64,000 nucleotides of DNA from a virus. The notes beneath the pieces were generated by a model. That model saw only the letters and a program-made list of their open reading frames with translations, was not told where the DNA came from and searched no databases. The position numbers and the translations under genes were made by a program. The stretch lies in IMG/VR virus record IMGVR_UViG_3300001598_000053, positions 1,029 through 65,028 of that record; one strand, 5' to 3'. Below are positions 49,766-59,870 of this stretch, in pieces (position 1 is the first letter of the stretch; each line of letters opens with the position of its first letter).

Positions 49766-52700
49766 ATGGCACAGATAACAAAACCAATAATGCTCGATGA
49801 AACCGGAAAAGATATAGTTGAGCAATTAGAACAATTGAACAACGTAGCCGTAGGAGTAAAAGGTGACAAGGGCGATAAAGGAGATGCCGGCGCTGATGGC
49901 AAGTCTCCACATATAGATGAGTCTACAGGCCACTGGTTTATTGGAACTGAAGACACTGGAGTAGTTGCAAAAGGTGAAAAAGGTGATAAGGGTGACAATG
50001 GCTCTGAAGTGTCAGCTAGCGATACAGGCACAAGTACAACAGTTGCAAAATATATAACAATTGATGATACAGAATATAAATTAGGTGGAAGTGGTGAGAT
50101 GTCAAAATCTGACATGGAAGCTAAAGGTATGGTATCATCAGTAAATGGTATTAATCCAGTTAGTGGCAATGTGACTATTGAAGTATCTAGCGGAGGAATA
50201 TCCGATGCAAAGAAAAAAGCTGAGCTATCTTATTACCGTTATATGGAAAACACAGCTGGTGATACAGTTAAGCCATATATGAAAGCATTGAGAAATGCGA
50301 CATTAGATATGGATGAATTTAAAAAATTAGGCTCTGGTCTATTTATTCACTGGGGTGTTTATTCAGTGCCAGCTGGAACATATACGGGTCCAAAAGTTGA
50401 AACTGCAACAACGACCACGACAAAAATGACAAGAAACTGCGAATGGGCGTTGAGAGACATGGGAATTCCTCTAGATACATATAGAAATTTTCAAGATCAA
50501 TTTACAGGAACTGAATTTGACCCAGAAGAAATAACTCAAATGGCAGTTGACTGTGGTATGAAATATATCATTATTACTGCAAAACACCATGAAGGATTCT
50601 CACTATATCCAACAAATTATGGACAGTGGGATATTAGAGAATCAGCCTGTAGAACAACAATTTTAGATGAATTAAAAGCTGCTTGCGATGCAAGAGGCCT
50701 AAAATTTGGTGTTTATTATTCACAATATTGGGACTGGGAGGCTGTCGGTGGATATGGATTAAATCATGGTGGCAAATGGACGACAACCGATCCATACACA
50801 TCTGCTCAACACTCAAAATTTATAGCAGACGTTGCTAATCAGGTTGAAGAAATCGTTGAGAAATATGATCCATATATCTTATGGTGGGATCCAGGAACGA
50901 AGTATACTGATGGATGCCAAGAAACTTTGAGAGCCGCTGAAAATGCAAGATGGCCTCAAGTTATCACTAACGATCGTTTAGATTATAATAGAGACTATGG
51001 CGACTATGGAACGGGTGAAAGAACCATTTATTTAAAAGATAGTGGAACTAGACAATTAGATTAGGGCGAATCTTGCTTTACGTTAAATAATACTTGGGGC
51101 TATTCACAAAATAACGAAACAGAGTCTTGGTATTATACACCAGAAAAAATATTTAAAGAATTCTGGCTATACACTATTTCAAATGGCCAAAACTGTTTAA
51201 TGAATATTGGACCTAAACCAGATGGTTCTATTCCTGATTTAACTAAAACAAGATGAAATCAAATGAAAACATTCATTCAAAATTATAGTAGTGGTAGCTT
51301 CTATAATTATAAGAAAATGTTCAAAACTACTCGTCCAACTTGGGGATATGCAGTAGGTTTCCCAAATAACAGCGTATATTGTTATGTTATCTCTACTAAC
51401 AATACATTAAGTGCTGAGACAATAATTGACGGTGTTGATACGACTGGACTAAAAACAACAAATCCAATTGAGATTTTAACTCCAGGAACAAATGCATCAT
51501 ACGAGATATTAGATAATTATAGAATCAAAATTACAAATCTAGCTCTTGATACAACAACTAAAATTGGTGTGGTCAAGTTAAACTATGCGGCTGACCCACT
51601 ATTAGTAGATGCTGTAGCCATGACTGATTCATATAGAATCCCAATGTCAGTATTTATTCCAAATTATTCATTCAAAGATTCATATACTGTAGCAAGCAAA
51701 CAGTATTCTTTAGGAAAAGGAAAGACGTTATCAAGCAATCCTGAAATTATTTTGGTAGACGACGATATGTATTGCAGTGCTAGACTTGATATTAACTATA
51801 GTGCAAATCAAACTGGCTCATATATTACTGAAATAACAATTACTGATAAAGCAGATTCTACAAATACAAGCACATTAACAATAAATTGTCCATCTAAAAC
51901 AGCTATTGTAAAAGAAAGTACTGATGTATTCCATTTTGAAAATGGACATAGATATAGTATTACTTATAAAACTTCTTCGTCAAGTACTGATACGACAGCA
52001 GCTACACACATGGCATTTACATTCTTCAAGAATGAAGACGCAGCAGTAACAGGTGTAACGCTTGCTCCAGACACAGCAGAAATGAACCCTGGAGATGAAG
52101 GTGTTATTTATACAGCAACAGTAGCGCCAGCAAACGCAGCCAATAAAAACGTAACATTCTCTTGTGAAAATGCAAATGTAACGTTAACACCTATTGGCCA
52201 AAATCAAGTAAAAGCGGTTGGAACAGGATATCAACAAATTAATACTACTATAAAAGTTACTACAGAAGATGGTGGATTTGAAGCAACATCTGCATTTAGC
52301 TACAATGTAACATTAGCAGAAACAGTTACGGTATCCCCAAATGGATTAACATTACCAATTAATTCAGCCGATGCCGCTACATTGACAGCCACAGTTGCTC
52401 CCGAAACAGCATCATTCAAAGAAGTTAATTGGTCAACAAGCAATGCGGCTGTAGCTACAGTAAATAATGGCGTAATCAACACATTAGCTGAAGGAACGGC
52501 TACTATCACAGCAACATCAAAAGACGGAGCTGCTAGCGGAACAGCCAATATAGCAGTTCAAGATATTCAAGTCATTCCAGTCGATAGCGTATCATTAGAT
52601 GTAAATACATTAGATTTAATGGAATGTGAATTAGCAACACTAAATGCAACTGTATTACCAGCTAATGCAACATTTAAAGCATTGACTTGGGAATCTAATA

Positions 52701-53620
52701 ATGATAATGTAAAGGTAATTGTAGACCCTGATGATGATACAAAAGCACAACTTGTCGTATTAGAAGGTGCGCCTACTGGAACAGCTACTATTACTGTAAA
52801 GACGACTCATCATGAAGAGGGCGAGGCAGCTAAACAAGCAACTTGCTCAATAAATGTAGAAGCCGAAGTTGTTAATAAATTATATGCAGCAAGCACTTTA
52901 AGTGGTTTGAAAGATGATGATAGCATTGAAGAACCATCATTATATCCATTTAGTGATGATGAACTTAACTGGACGATATTCGCTTGGGCATTTGGTTCAG
53001 CTAACCCAGCCACAGCGAGTGGCGTAGAAACAGGCACTGCAGGTCCTAATGATACAAACGCGACATTATTCCAATGTGTTAAGAATGCTTCAAGCTGGAA
53101 CGGATTTAGAGTCGACGCTGATACAAATACTGTAAAGCCTAGTACTACAAATCCATCAGGCTTGAGACCTAGATGGAATGCCTCAACTAATTTATATATG
53201 AACCCGCAGACAAAAGAGACTAGCACATCTTCTATAAATGTTAGTGGACCTACAAGTACGACTGTAGTGCATCCAATCTATTTGTCTAGAAAAACTGCAG
53301 ATGGTGCTGCTTGGAATCAATCAACATATTGGTGGTCTTGGGATGGTGTAAGCTGGAATCAATACAATGTAAGCACATCAACTTCTGGTGGAACAGGCGA
53401 ATTACGCAATATCAACGCGCCACTTACTGTATTCTATGACCTCCAAAGAAGCAGTGGACAGCTTACAAGCAACAAGTATCGTTTCTTAAAGACTGCTGGA
53501 TTACCAGACGAGCGTGCTTGTGTTGCATTCACTATACAAGCTCATTATAAGTTTGCAAAGCAATTGAAGACTTATGACAGAGAAGTAAAACAGGCTTATG
53601 ATACAGCTTTAAACAGCTAG
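49766..53620 (+). CDS. tail fibre: collagen-like N-terminus, GH29 alpha-L-fucosidase-like domain, Big_2 Ig-like repeats; in-frame TAG (51062) and TGA (51254)
   Basis: Single frame 49766-53620. GH29 motifs FIHWGVYSVPA, KYIIITAKHHEGFSLY, ILWWDPG, then after the TAG: WGYSQNNE ... NCLMNIGPKPDGSIP (GH29 C-terminal consensus). Big_2-like VTLAPDTAEMNPGDEGVIYTATVAPANAANKNVTFS repeats. Confidence 0.55.
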
Positions 53621-53716
53621 TTAAGTGTTAAAAACAATTATGCCGGCATAAAAAGTCGGCCTAATTGTATTTTTATTGAGATAAATATTGTATAATAGAA
53701 TAAAGGTGGTGAGATA

Positions 53717-53905
53717 GTGAAAATCGTTCGCAGAGAAAATGAATCAACTGAAGATTTATTAAGAAGATTTAAGACTTGGTATAAGAAATCAGGAATTAAA
53801 GAAGAATGTAGAAAACGCGAGTATTTCTTGAAAAAGTCTTTAAGATTAAAAGAAAAATCTAAGCAAGCAAGAATTAGAAACAAAAAGAAAAGCAGAGCTA
53901 ATTAG
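53717..53905 (+). CDS. rpsU: ribosomal protein bS21 homolog (phage-encoded)
   Basis: VKIVRRENESTEDLLRRFKTWYKKSGIKEECRKREYFLKKS...RIRNKKK matches the bS21 consensus (VRENE..D.ALRRFK....G.L.E.RRREFYEKP); GTG start after SD AAAGGTGG; own promoter TTGAGA-N17-TGTATAAT. Confidence 0.65.
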   Translation: MKIVRRENESTEDLLRRFKTWYKKSGIKEECRKREYFLKKSLRLKEKSKQARIRNKKKSRAN

Positions 53906-53952
53906 GCCCTGCTTTTTTAATAGATTTAATAAATAAAAATATTATTCTACTA

Positions 53953-53973
53953 TTATTTGCTAAATTAATTGAT
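53953..53973 (+). promoter_or_regulatory. putative late promoter motif TTATTTGCTAAATTAATTGAT
   Basis: upstream of tail fibre gene 54011. Confidence 0.5.
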
Positions 53974-54010
53974 TAAAATTAAAATTTAATGCAAAGGAGA
54001 TTATGATAGT

Positions 54011-56041
54011 ATGGCAAGTAACTATAAATTAAAATTTTCTGGCGCACAAGTTGATGCTAGATTAACGCAAGTAAGCACCAACTCCGAGAATTTAGCAAAA
54101 TTAGAAACAAAGGTAAATTCAAATAAAACAGAACTTAGTGACAATATTAGTAATGCACTACAATCAGCAAAAAACTATACAGATGAAGAAATAAATAATC
54201 TAGATGCCACACGAAGTCAAGATGCTTCAAGTGATAACGGATACTTACAACTATCTATTACTGAAGTCGATGGCAAGGTCACTAGTATTTCTGGAAGTAT
54301 CAGTCACACAGAAGCAGTGCAGTCAGCGAAAGACTATGCAGACGCTAAAATTGCTGATTTAGACACAACACAGAACCAAGACGCTTCAGACGATAACGGA
54401 CATTTACAGTTATCTATTACTGAAGAAGATGGCAAAATTACTAGCATTTCTGGTAGTGTAAGTCATACGGAGGCGATAGAGTCAGCAAAAACTTATGCAG
54501 ATACAAAATCAACTCAAGCTCAGAATGCAGCAATTTATAATGCACATACATACACAGATGATGCAGTAAAAGGGCATAAGATAGTGCTTACAAGACATGA
54601 GCCAACTAGTTATGCAGAACTTGATCAAACTACTATTGGCGATAAGAATGCTATATTCACAGAAGAAGGAACATACAAAATAAGTATTGATTGCCTTAAG
54701 CAATTTGCATTGGCATTAGCTTTACCGAAGTTTAAAGGACCAACGTATGATCTATATTTCAGAGTTCAATGTCCTATCAGCGATACACTTGATATCTTAA
54801 TATTTGGTCTAGCCGTAGAGAACGGAGATATATATTCAATTTATGTAGAATCAGACCACCAAGGAACAATTTATGAGTGGAATTGTGGAACTACTTATAG
54901 TGATGAACTTTCAAACTATATTATTACTAACACCAGTTCAAGTATATCTAATTATGACTTCAGGTTTTATGATAACGGCGAGTATTTCACTGATATTATA
55001 AATGATTCTTCTGATCCAGATGAAAGAGCAAAGACTTTTATAAAAGTTTGCCCATTCTATAAGGTTATAGGAGTTCAAGCAATACCAAATGAAAATAATA
55101 TCCTACATTTAAATAAATCATATTTAGAAAGTCCAGATAATTATATAGATGCGGCACATTTATCAAAAACACATTGTAATAACGATTCTCATGTAGCTAT
55201 TGGCGAGTACAATAGACCATTATTAAATAATGACCAAGCGATTAGTGATGAGCGTCAGCTTTTAACTGTTGGTAACGGTAGCTCTGACTCAAATGTTAGC
55301 AATATTCTTGATGTAACGACAGATAGAGTGTGTATCGGCCCTACTTCTGATAACAATTATTTATTCACTGTGGCAAAACAAGGCGAAAAAGATAGTGAAA
55401 CACTTCTTGGCGTCAATAAAAATGAAGAGTATGTATTTGCTAAGAGATTAACTATTGACAGATCTGCATCAACAGGAGAAGAAAATGAAGTAGCAACGCA
55501 TGGAGATATTCACAGCATCATTGATGATAAAATTTCTTCTTTAGATGCTACAAAATCACAAACAGCTTCTAGCTCAAACGGATACTTAGCTTTATCTGTA
55601 GCTGAAACTGATGGCAAAATCACTAGTATCTCAGGTTCTGTAGACTCATCTAAATATCAATCAAAATTAGTAAGCGGAACTAATATTAAAACAGTCAATG
55701 GAAATAGCATTTTAGGCACTGGTAATATAGAAGTTTCAGGTGGTTCAGGTGGATTGTACATACATTATGTACAGTTTAAGCAAACAAATGGTATCTTGAC
55801 TAGAACATATTTTTATTGTAGTAAAGATACACCTTTTACGAATATTGACGAATTAAAAGGATATATTTTTGAGAAAAATCCTACATATAGTTATGTTACA
55901 CTTGCTTGTTCGGGTCTTAACCAAAACGGTCTATCTATTAGTCATATAACTGTTTCTACTAGTGATGTATCTATTACTTATAATAGTGCAGATACATTCA
56001 TTGTAACCTCAATATATTCTAGTGCTTGTTACAAAGTATAA
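54011..56041 (+). CDS. tail fibre protein with ~50-aa internal repeats
   Basis: Repeats DATRSQDASSDNGYLQLSITEVDGKVTSISGS(I/V)SHTEA x3; late motif 53953-53973; strong terminator 56161-56203. Confidence 0.6.
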   Translation: MASNYKLKFSGAQVDARLTQVSTNSENLAKLETKVNSNKTELSDNISNALQSAKNYTDEEINNLDATRSQDASSDNGYLQLSITEVDGKVTSISGSISHTEAVQSAKDYADAKIADLDTTQNQDASDDNGHLQLSITEEDGKITSISGSVSHTEAIESAKTYADTKSTQAQNAAIYNAHTYTDDAVKGHKIVLTRHEPTSYAELDQTTIGDKNAIFTEEGTYKISIDCLKQFALALALPKFKGPTYDLYFRVQCPISDTLDILIFGLAVENGDIYSIYVESDHQGTIYEWNCGTTYSDELSNYIITNTSSSISNYDFRFYDNGEYFTDIINDSSDPDERAKTFIKVCPFYKVIGVQAIPNENNILHLNKSYLESPDNYIDAAHLSKTHCNNDSHVAIGEYNRPLLNNDQAISDERQLLTVGNGSSDSNVSNILDVTTDRVCIGPTSDNNYLFTVAKQGEKDSETLLGVNKNEEYVFAKRLTIDRSASTGEENEVATHGDIHSIIDDKISSLDATKSQTASSSNGYLALSVAETDGKITSISGSVDSSKYQSKLVSGTNIKTVNGNSILGTGNIEVSGGSGGLYIHYVQFKQTNGILTRTYFYCSKDTPFTNIDELKGYIFEKNPTYSYVTLACSGLNQNGLSISHITVSTSDVSITYNSADTFIVTSIYSSACYKV

Positions 56042-56160
56042 CATTCTCGCATTCACTCGTTGCCTATTGCCTAGGTGGAAATCGCACTAGCAAAGTGCCA
56101 TCTCGGACAAGAGTTGATTACTCCATACAAGTAATTGAGTGAATCTTGAATATAAATGAA

Positions 56161-56203
56161 AACACACTCTCGACCATATAGGTCATATGAGAGTGTGTTT
56201 TCT
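56161..56203 (+). terminator. intrinsic terminator: 11-bp perfect stem AACACACTCTC / GAGAGTGTGTT + T-tract
   Basis: follows tail fibre gene stop (56041). Confidence 0.7.
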
Positions 56204-56232
56204 TGTGCTAAAAGGTAATAAGGAAATGACAA

Positions 56233-56264
56233 GCCGAAGAGTAAAGGAGGGAAACCTCTTCGGC
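56233..56264 (-). terminator. hairpin GCCGAAGAG / CTCTTCGGC, terminator for minus-strand ORF 56269-56964 (bidirectional pair with 56161-56203)
   Basis: 9-bp stem immediately after the minus-strand ORF stop. Confidence 0.55.
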
Positions 56265-56268
56265 AATA

Positions 56269-56964
56269 TTATTTTAACATATCGATGAGCATTGTTACAA
56301 TAGTAGCCGTTTCTTGCCGGTCGAAATTGCAAGAGCCTTGGAAGAACATAGTCAATAAATCACGATACTCCACAGATTGTTTATACGATTGAATGATTAG
56401 CTTATTATGTCGGTCATTGACATACAATTGTAATCTATTAGGGTCGAAGAGACCATCGTACTTTTCAATCCATACTCGATAGTCCTCTTTGTGCATCTTG
56501 TCCCAATAAATCCAAAATGACAGGGTGATGTCATTGTAGCCTAGTCGATACCAAAGATGAGTTTGTCTTGGTTTCTCGATGATTTCATATCTGTCTTTTG
56601 TGAGTACCTTGTTGTTGTAGTGATACTCTGCATATGTTGTGCCTTGTGTCCACCGATAGAGAGGTGTTTCTTCTTCCAGTTTTAGCAACTCTTCTTTGGT
56701 TGGGCATTTCTCGACATACAAGCCTCGATTTCTGTCTATGTATGACTTCTCAAACTCTGGAATGTTGAAATAGGTGATGTATGGCATAAACAAGTCGAGA
56801 TTATTGGACAAGAGGAACAACTTGTAATCCTTCCTAGTTCGTGTGATCGTTGAGACCAACTCCAAGAGATGATGTGGTTCATCCTTGAGGTAGTGCTTAT
56901 TCGAACCTCTCATCAAGCCGACTTCATCATAGATGATGTATTGGTCTCGAACGTAAAAAAGCAA
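56269..56964 (-). CDS. hypothetical protein (only sizeable minus-strand ORF); Walker-B-like IIYDEVG, possible truncated P-loop ATPase
   Basis: ORF bounded by bidirectional hairpin terminators; no Walker A found upstream (in-frame stop 8 codons before start). Confidence 0.4.
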   Translation of the reverse strand: MLFYVRDQYIIYDEVGLMRGSNKHYLKDEPHHLLELVSTITRTRKDYKLFLLSNNLDLFMPYITYFNIPEFEKSYIDRNRGLYVEKCPTKEELLKLEEETPLYRWTQGTTYAEYHYNNKVLTKDRYEIIEKPRQTHLWYRLGYNDITLSFWIYWDKMHKEDYRVWIEKYDGLFDPNRLQLYVNDRHNKLIIQSYKQSVEYRDLLTMFFQGSCNFDRQETATIVTMLIDMLK

Positions 56965-56975
56965 GCGGTTGGGTA

Positions 56976-57584
56976 ATGCCTGGCAATCCTATTGGAGGTA
57001 GTTTTGATCATGATGGAAATTTAGCACCTCTGATTGCACTTACGCATGACGACAGTGAAAAATATAATGGCTATGAGAAATGGGCTGTATATAGAGAACT
57101 AACAACCTCGCAGCGCGTTCACCAAATAGGTAGTGAAATTTTAAGTTCCTTTAGAGATTTTGCTATATATATAGACGTTCCGGCAATTTTATATAATACT
57201 ACAAATAAAGATAAAATACCAAGCGGCTATGAATTTACTCTAACTTATAAGTCAAACTTTTCATACGATAAGGGTCTTGGAGAAGGCCAATTCACTTATA
57301 TGGATCATGACGCACTAAGGTCAGAGTCTGCCTATGCTCAAACTATTGATTATACGGCACAGCCAGATTTTACTGGTCATGTATCTGCTAGAAAATCCAT
57401 TCATTCGCAAACGCAAAATGGATATATTGGGCACAATGCTAAAGAAAGATTTAGATTTGCCTTATATAAAAAAGTATATACATCAGAAAATTCTGCTAAA
57501 TTAATTAGAATATCTGAATATTCAGCAGAATTATGTATAGAGATGATTAGAAAAGGAAGTTATAAAGCTTCGGTAAAACGTTAA
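56976..57584 (+). CDS. hypothetical protein
   Basis: ORF, weak ribosome-binding site. Confidence 0.4.
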   Translation: MPGNPIGGSFDHDGNLAPLIALTHDDSEKYNGYEKWAVYRELTTSQRVHQIGSEILSSFRDFAIYIDVPAILYNTTNKDKIPSGYEFTLTYKSNFSYDKGLGEGQFTYMDHDALRSESAYAQTIDYTAQPDFTGHVSARKSIHSQTQNGYIGHNAKERFRFALYKKVYTSENSAKLIRISEYSAELCIEMIRKGSYKASVKR

Positions 57585-57752
57585 TATATAATAATTTGTT
57601 TCTTTTGCCCCAGTAATTTCGTTGCCATTAGACGCGATATGTAATTTACTTGAGACTACTCGGTATATTTATTGCCTTAGAAGCTATTCGAGGCATGTGG
57701 GAGTTTTATATTTATACTAAAAATGCAGTCAGTTTAGGCTGCTTTTTTATTA

Positions 57753-57773
57753 CTATTTGCTAAATTAATTGAT
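57753..57773 (+). promoter_or_regulatory. putative late promoter motif CTATTTGCTAAATTAATTGAT
   Basis: upstream of phoH; identical 19/21 to the 53953 copy. Confidence 0.5.
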
Positions 57774-57818
57774 AGAATTTATCTATCTAGATTGAAAAAT
57801 AGGAGATATATTATAGTG

Positions 57819-58748
57819 ATTGATCAAACAACTTACACTGGTTGGAGAAAATGGACTCCAACGTCAGACGAGTGGGTTCAGTTCTACACTGACGGACTAC
57901 CACCATTTGAAATGTATGAAAACGAATACCTCATGGTATTAGCAGACGGAGGAAGCACTTCTTATTACTGCTTTGAGAATGGCAAACTCAGAAAATTTAG
58001 TGGAGGATCAATAAAAACTACAGTAGAAAATAGCTCTGAAGAAGAGCCTATTGAGTCTGGTGATGAAAAATATCGCAATAAGTCAAAGAGCCCAAAAGCT
58101 TCAAAAAAGAAATTTGCAAAAGGCAAATCAGTCGTAATCAACCCTAGAAACGATGAGCAGACTTGTGCATTTGACTTAATCAAAGATTCTGATAAGACAA
58201 TCAAAGTTATAACTGGAACTTGGGGAACAGGAAAGACAATGATACTTGTTTCAGCGGCTCTAGAAGCTTTAAAACATGGTAGATTCGAAAGAATCATTTG
58301 GATTAGAAACAATGTCGATGTTAAAGATACAAAAGATTTAGGAGCACTTCCTGGCGATGTAATTGAGAAATTATTGCCATATCTTGGCCCATTTAGAGAC
58401 CATGCTGGAGACCATAGCGTAAAGACAATGATTGAAAAAGGAACACTTGTTGTCGAGCCTTTGCAGTCTCTTAGAGGAAGAAATTTTGAAAATTCAATTA
58501 TCATGTGCTCTGAGTGCGAGAATTTGACAAAAGAACATTTACAGTTAATTATAGCACGTGCTGCTGAGGGGTCAGAAGTATGGCTAGATGGCGATACTAG
58601 ACAAAGAGACAGAGCAGCATTTGAGAGATCAAAAGGCATTGAAACTCTGATTGATAGATTTAAAGGCAAGCCTTTATTTGGCTATGTGCATTTAACAAAG
58701 TCAGAGCGCTCCAACACTGCTGCGATGGCAGATTTATTAAACGACTAA
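57819..58748 (+). CDS. phoH: PhoH-like ATPase
   Basis: Walker A GTWGTGKT; GTG start after SD TAGGAGA; Walker B region degenerate (IIMCSECEN instead of hhhhDEAQN). Confidence 0.75.
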   Translation: MDQTTYTGWRKWTPTSDEWVQFYTDGLPPFEMYENEYLMVLADGGSTSYYCFENGKLRKFSGGSIKTTVENSSEEEPIESGDEKYRNKSKSPKASKKKFAKGKSVVINPRNDEQTCAFDLIKDSDKTIKVITGTWGTGKTMILVSAALEALKHGRFERIIWIRNNVDVKDTKDLGALPGDVIEKLLPYLGPFRDHAGDHSVKTMIEKGTLVVEPLQSLRGRNFENSIIMCSECENLTKEHLQLIIARAAEGSEVWLDGDTRQRDRAAFERSKGIETLIDRFKGKPLFGYVHLTKSERSNTAAMADLLND

Positions 58749-58818
58749 TTGTAAAAATTTTTATGATAAAACTGTATATTAAAATATGAAAAATAAAAGG
58801 ATAAGGAACAGATAAAAT

Positions 58819-59511
58819 ATGTCATTAGTTATAGCTATTAAAGATAAAGATAGAGTCGTATTTGGCTCTGATAAGCAAAGTTCAGTGATGGGAAGCAAAG
58901 ACCACACATCAACAAAGATTTGGGAATTATCTGACTTACCTGGTGCAATTATGGGAAGTGTTGGTCATTCGCGCGCATCTCAAATAATTCAGTATTCAGG
59001 CATAATTGATAAGAATGAAATTGGAAGCGATATTGATACTGAATTTATAGTCAGATCATTGGCTCCAACGTTAGCTACTGCATTGAAAGCTAACGGAATG
59101 AAATTAGAGGACGAAGATTCAAGATGTCTTATGATGCCAAACGATTTCCTGTTCGCTTATGGCGATAAAGCTTGGATGATTTGGCGTGACTTAAGCGTAT
59201 CAGAGATTGATAACTATCTAGTTATTGGCTCTGGCTCAGAAGTAGCAAGAGGCGTATTATTTGCGACAGAGGATAAAAATCCTTTTGAAAGAATTGTTAC
59301 TTGTATTGATGCTGCTGCAGAATCTACATTATACGTTGATGACGGTGTAGATATTCTTGCTACTAGCTATCGTGAGTTAGACAAAAAGTTAATTGCAAAA
59401 GTCTTAGGTTTTGAAATTGAAGAACCAAAACAAACTGAGGAAGTAAAACCTTCTGAAGAAAAACCAAAGAAGAAAGCAAAAAAGACTGAAAAAAACTCTG
59501 AAAATAAATAA
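58819..59511 (+). CDS. proteasome beta/HslV-like Ntn-hydrolase family protein with K-rich C-terminal tail
   Basis: N-terminal SLVIAIKDKDRVVFGSDKQSS resembles TTIVGVKFKDGVVLAADTRAT; GSGSEVARG resembles GSGSxYAYG. Confidence 0.55.
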   Translation: MSLVIAIKDKDRVVFGSDKQSSVMGSKDHTSTKIWELSDLPGAIMGSVGHSRASQIIQYSGIIDKNEIGSDIDTEFIVRSLAPTLATALKANGMKLEDEDSRCLMMPNDFLFAYGDKAWMIWRDLSVSEIDNYLVIGSGSEVARGVLFATEDKNPFERIVTCIDAAAESTLYVDDGVDILATSYRELDKKLIAKVLGFEIEEPKQTEEVKPSEEKPKKKAKKTEKNSENK

Positions 59512-59678
59512 TCTTAGAAATATAGCCCTCTTCCAATGAGGGCTTTTATTTTTAATAAATATAGATGAATTAAATAATTAAATGCTAAATTATTAACATA
59601 GATGATTGCATAAATATTATAAAATTTTAAAATATAAACTGTATATTATCTTGTAAGCAAAACCTTGCTTATACTCTT

Positions 59679-59754
59679 GGGAGCTTAGCTCAGCTGGGAG
59701 AGCGCCACCCTTACAAGGTGGATGTCACAGGTTCGAGCCCTGTAGTTCCCACCA
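59679..59754 (+). tRNA. tRNA-Val (anticodon UAC)
   Basis: Cloverleaf: acceptor GGGAGCT/AGTTCCC, D-arm GCTCAGCTGGGAGAGC, anticodon loop CTTACAA, T-loop GGTTCGAGCC, CCA encoded. Confidence 0.85.
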
Positions 59755-59870
59755 TTCATCTTATATTTAGGTGATAATAGAGTAGATACCTCCATAAGGT
59801 TGAGATGCCTTATACCGACTGCAGCGCGTAAAGTCCACTTAGGTACGGAGTGAAGACATCGTACAAACTT

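Noticed and set aside
41694-51256. Selenocysteine insertion at in-frame TGA codons
   Set aside because: One interrupting codon is TAG, TGAs are not at Cys/active-site positions, no SECIS-like hairpin immediately downstream, no selA/selB.
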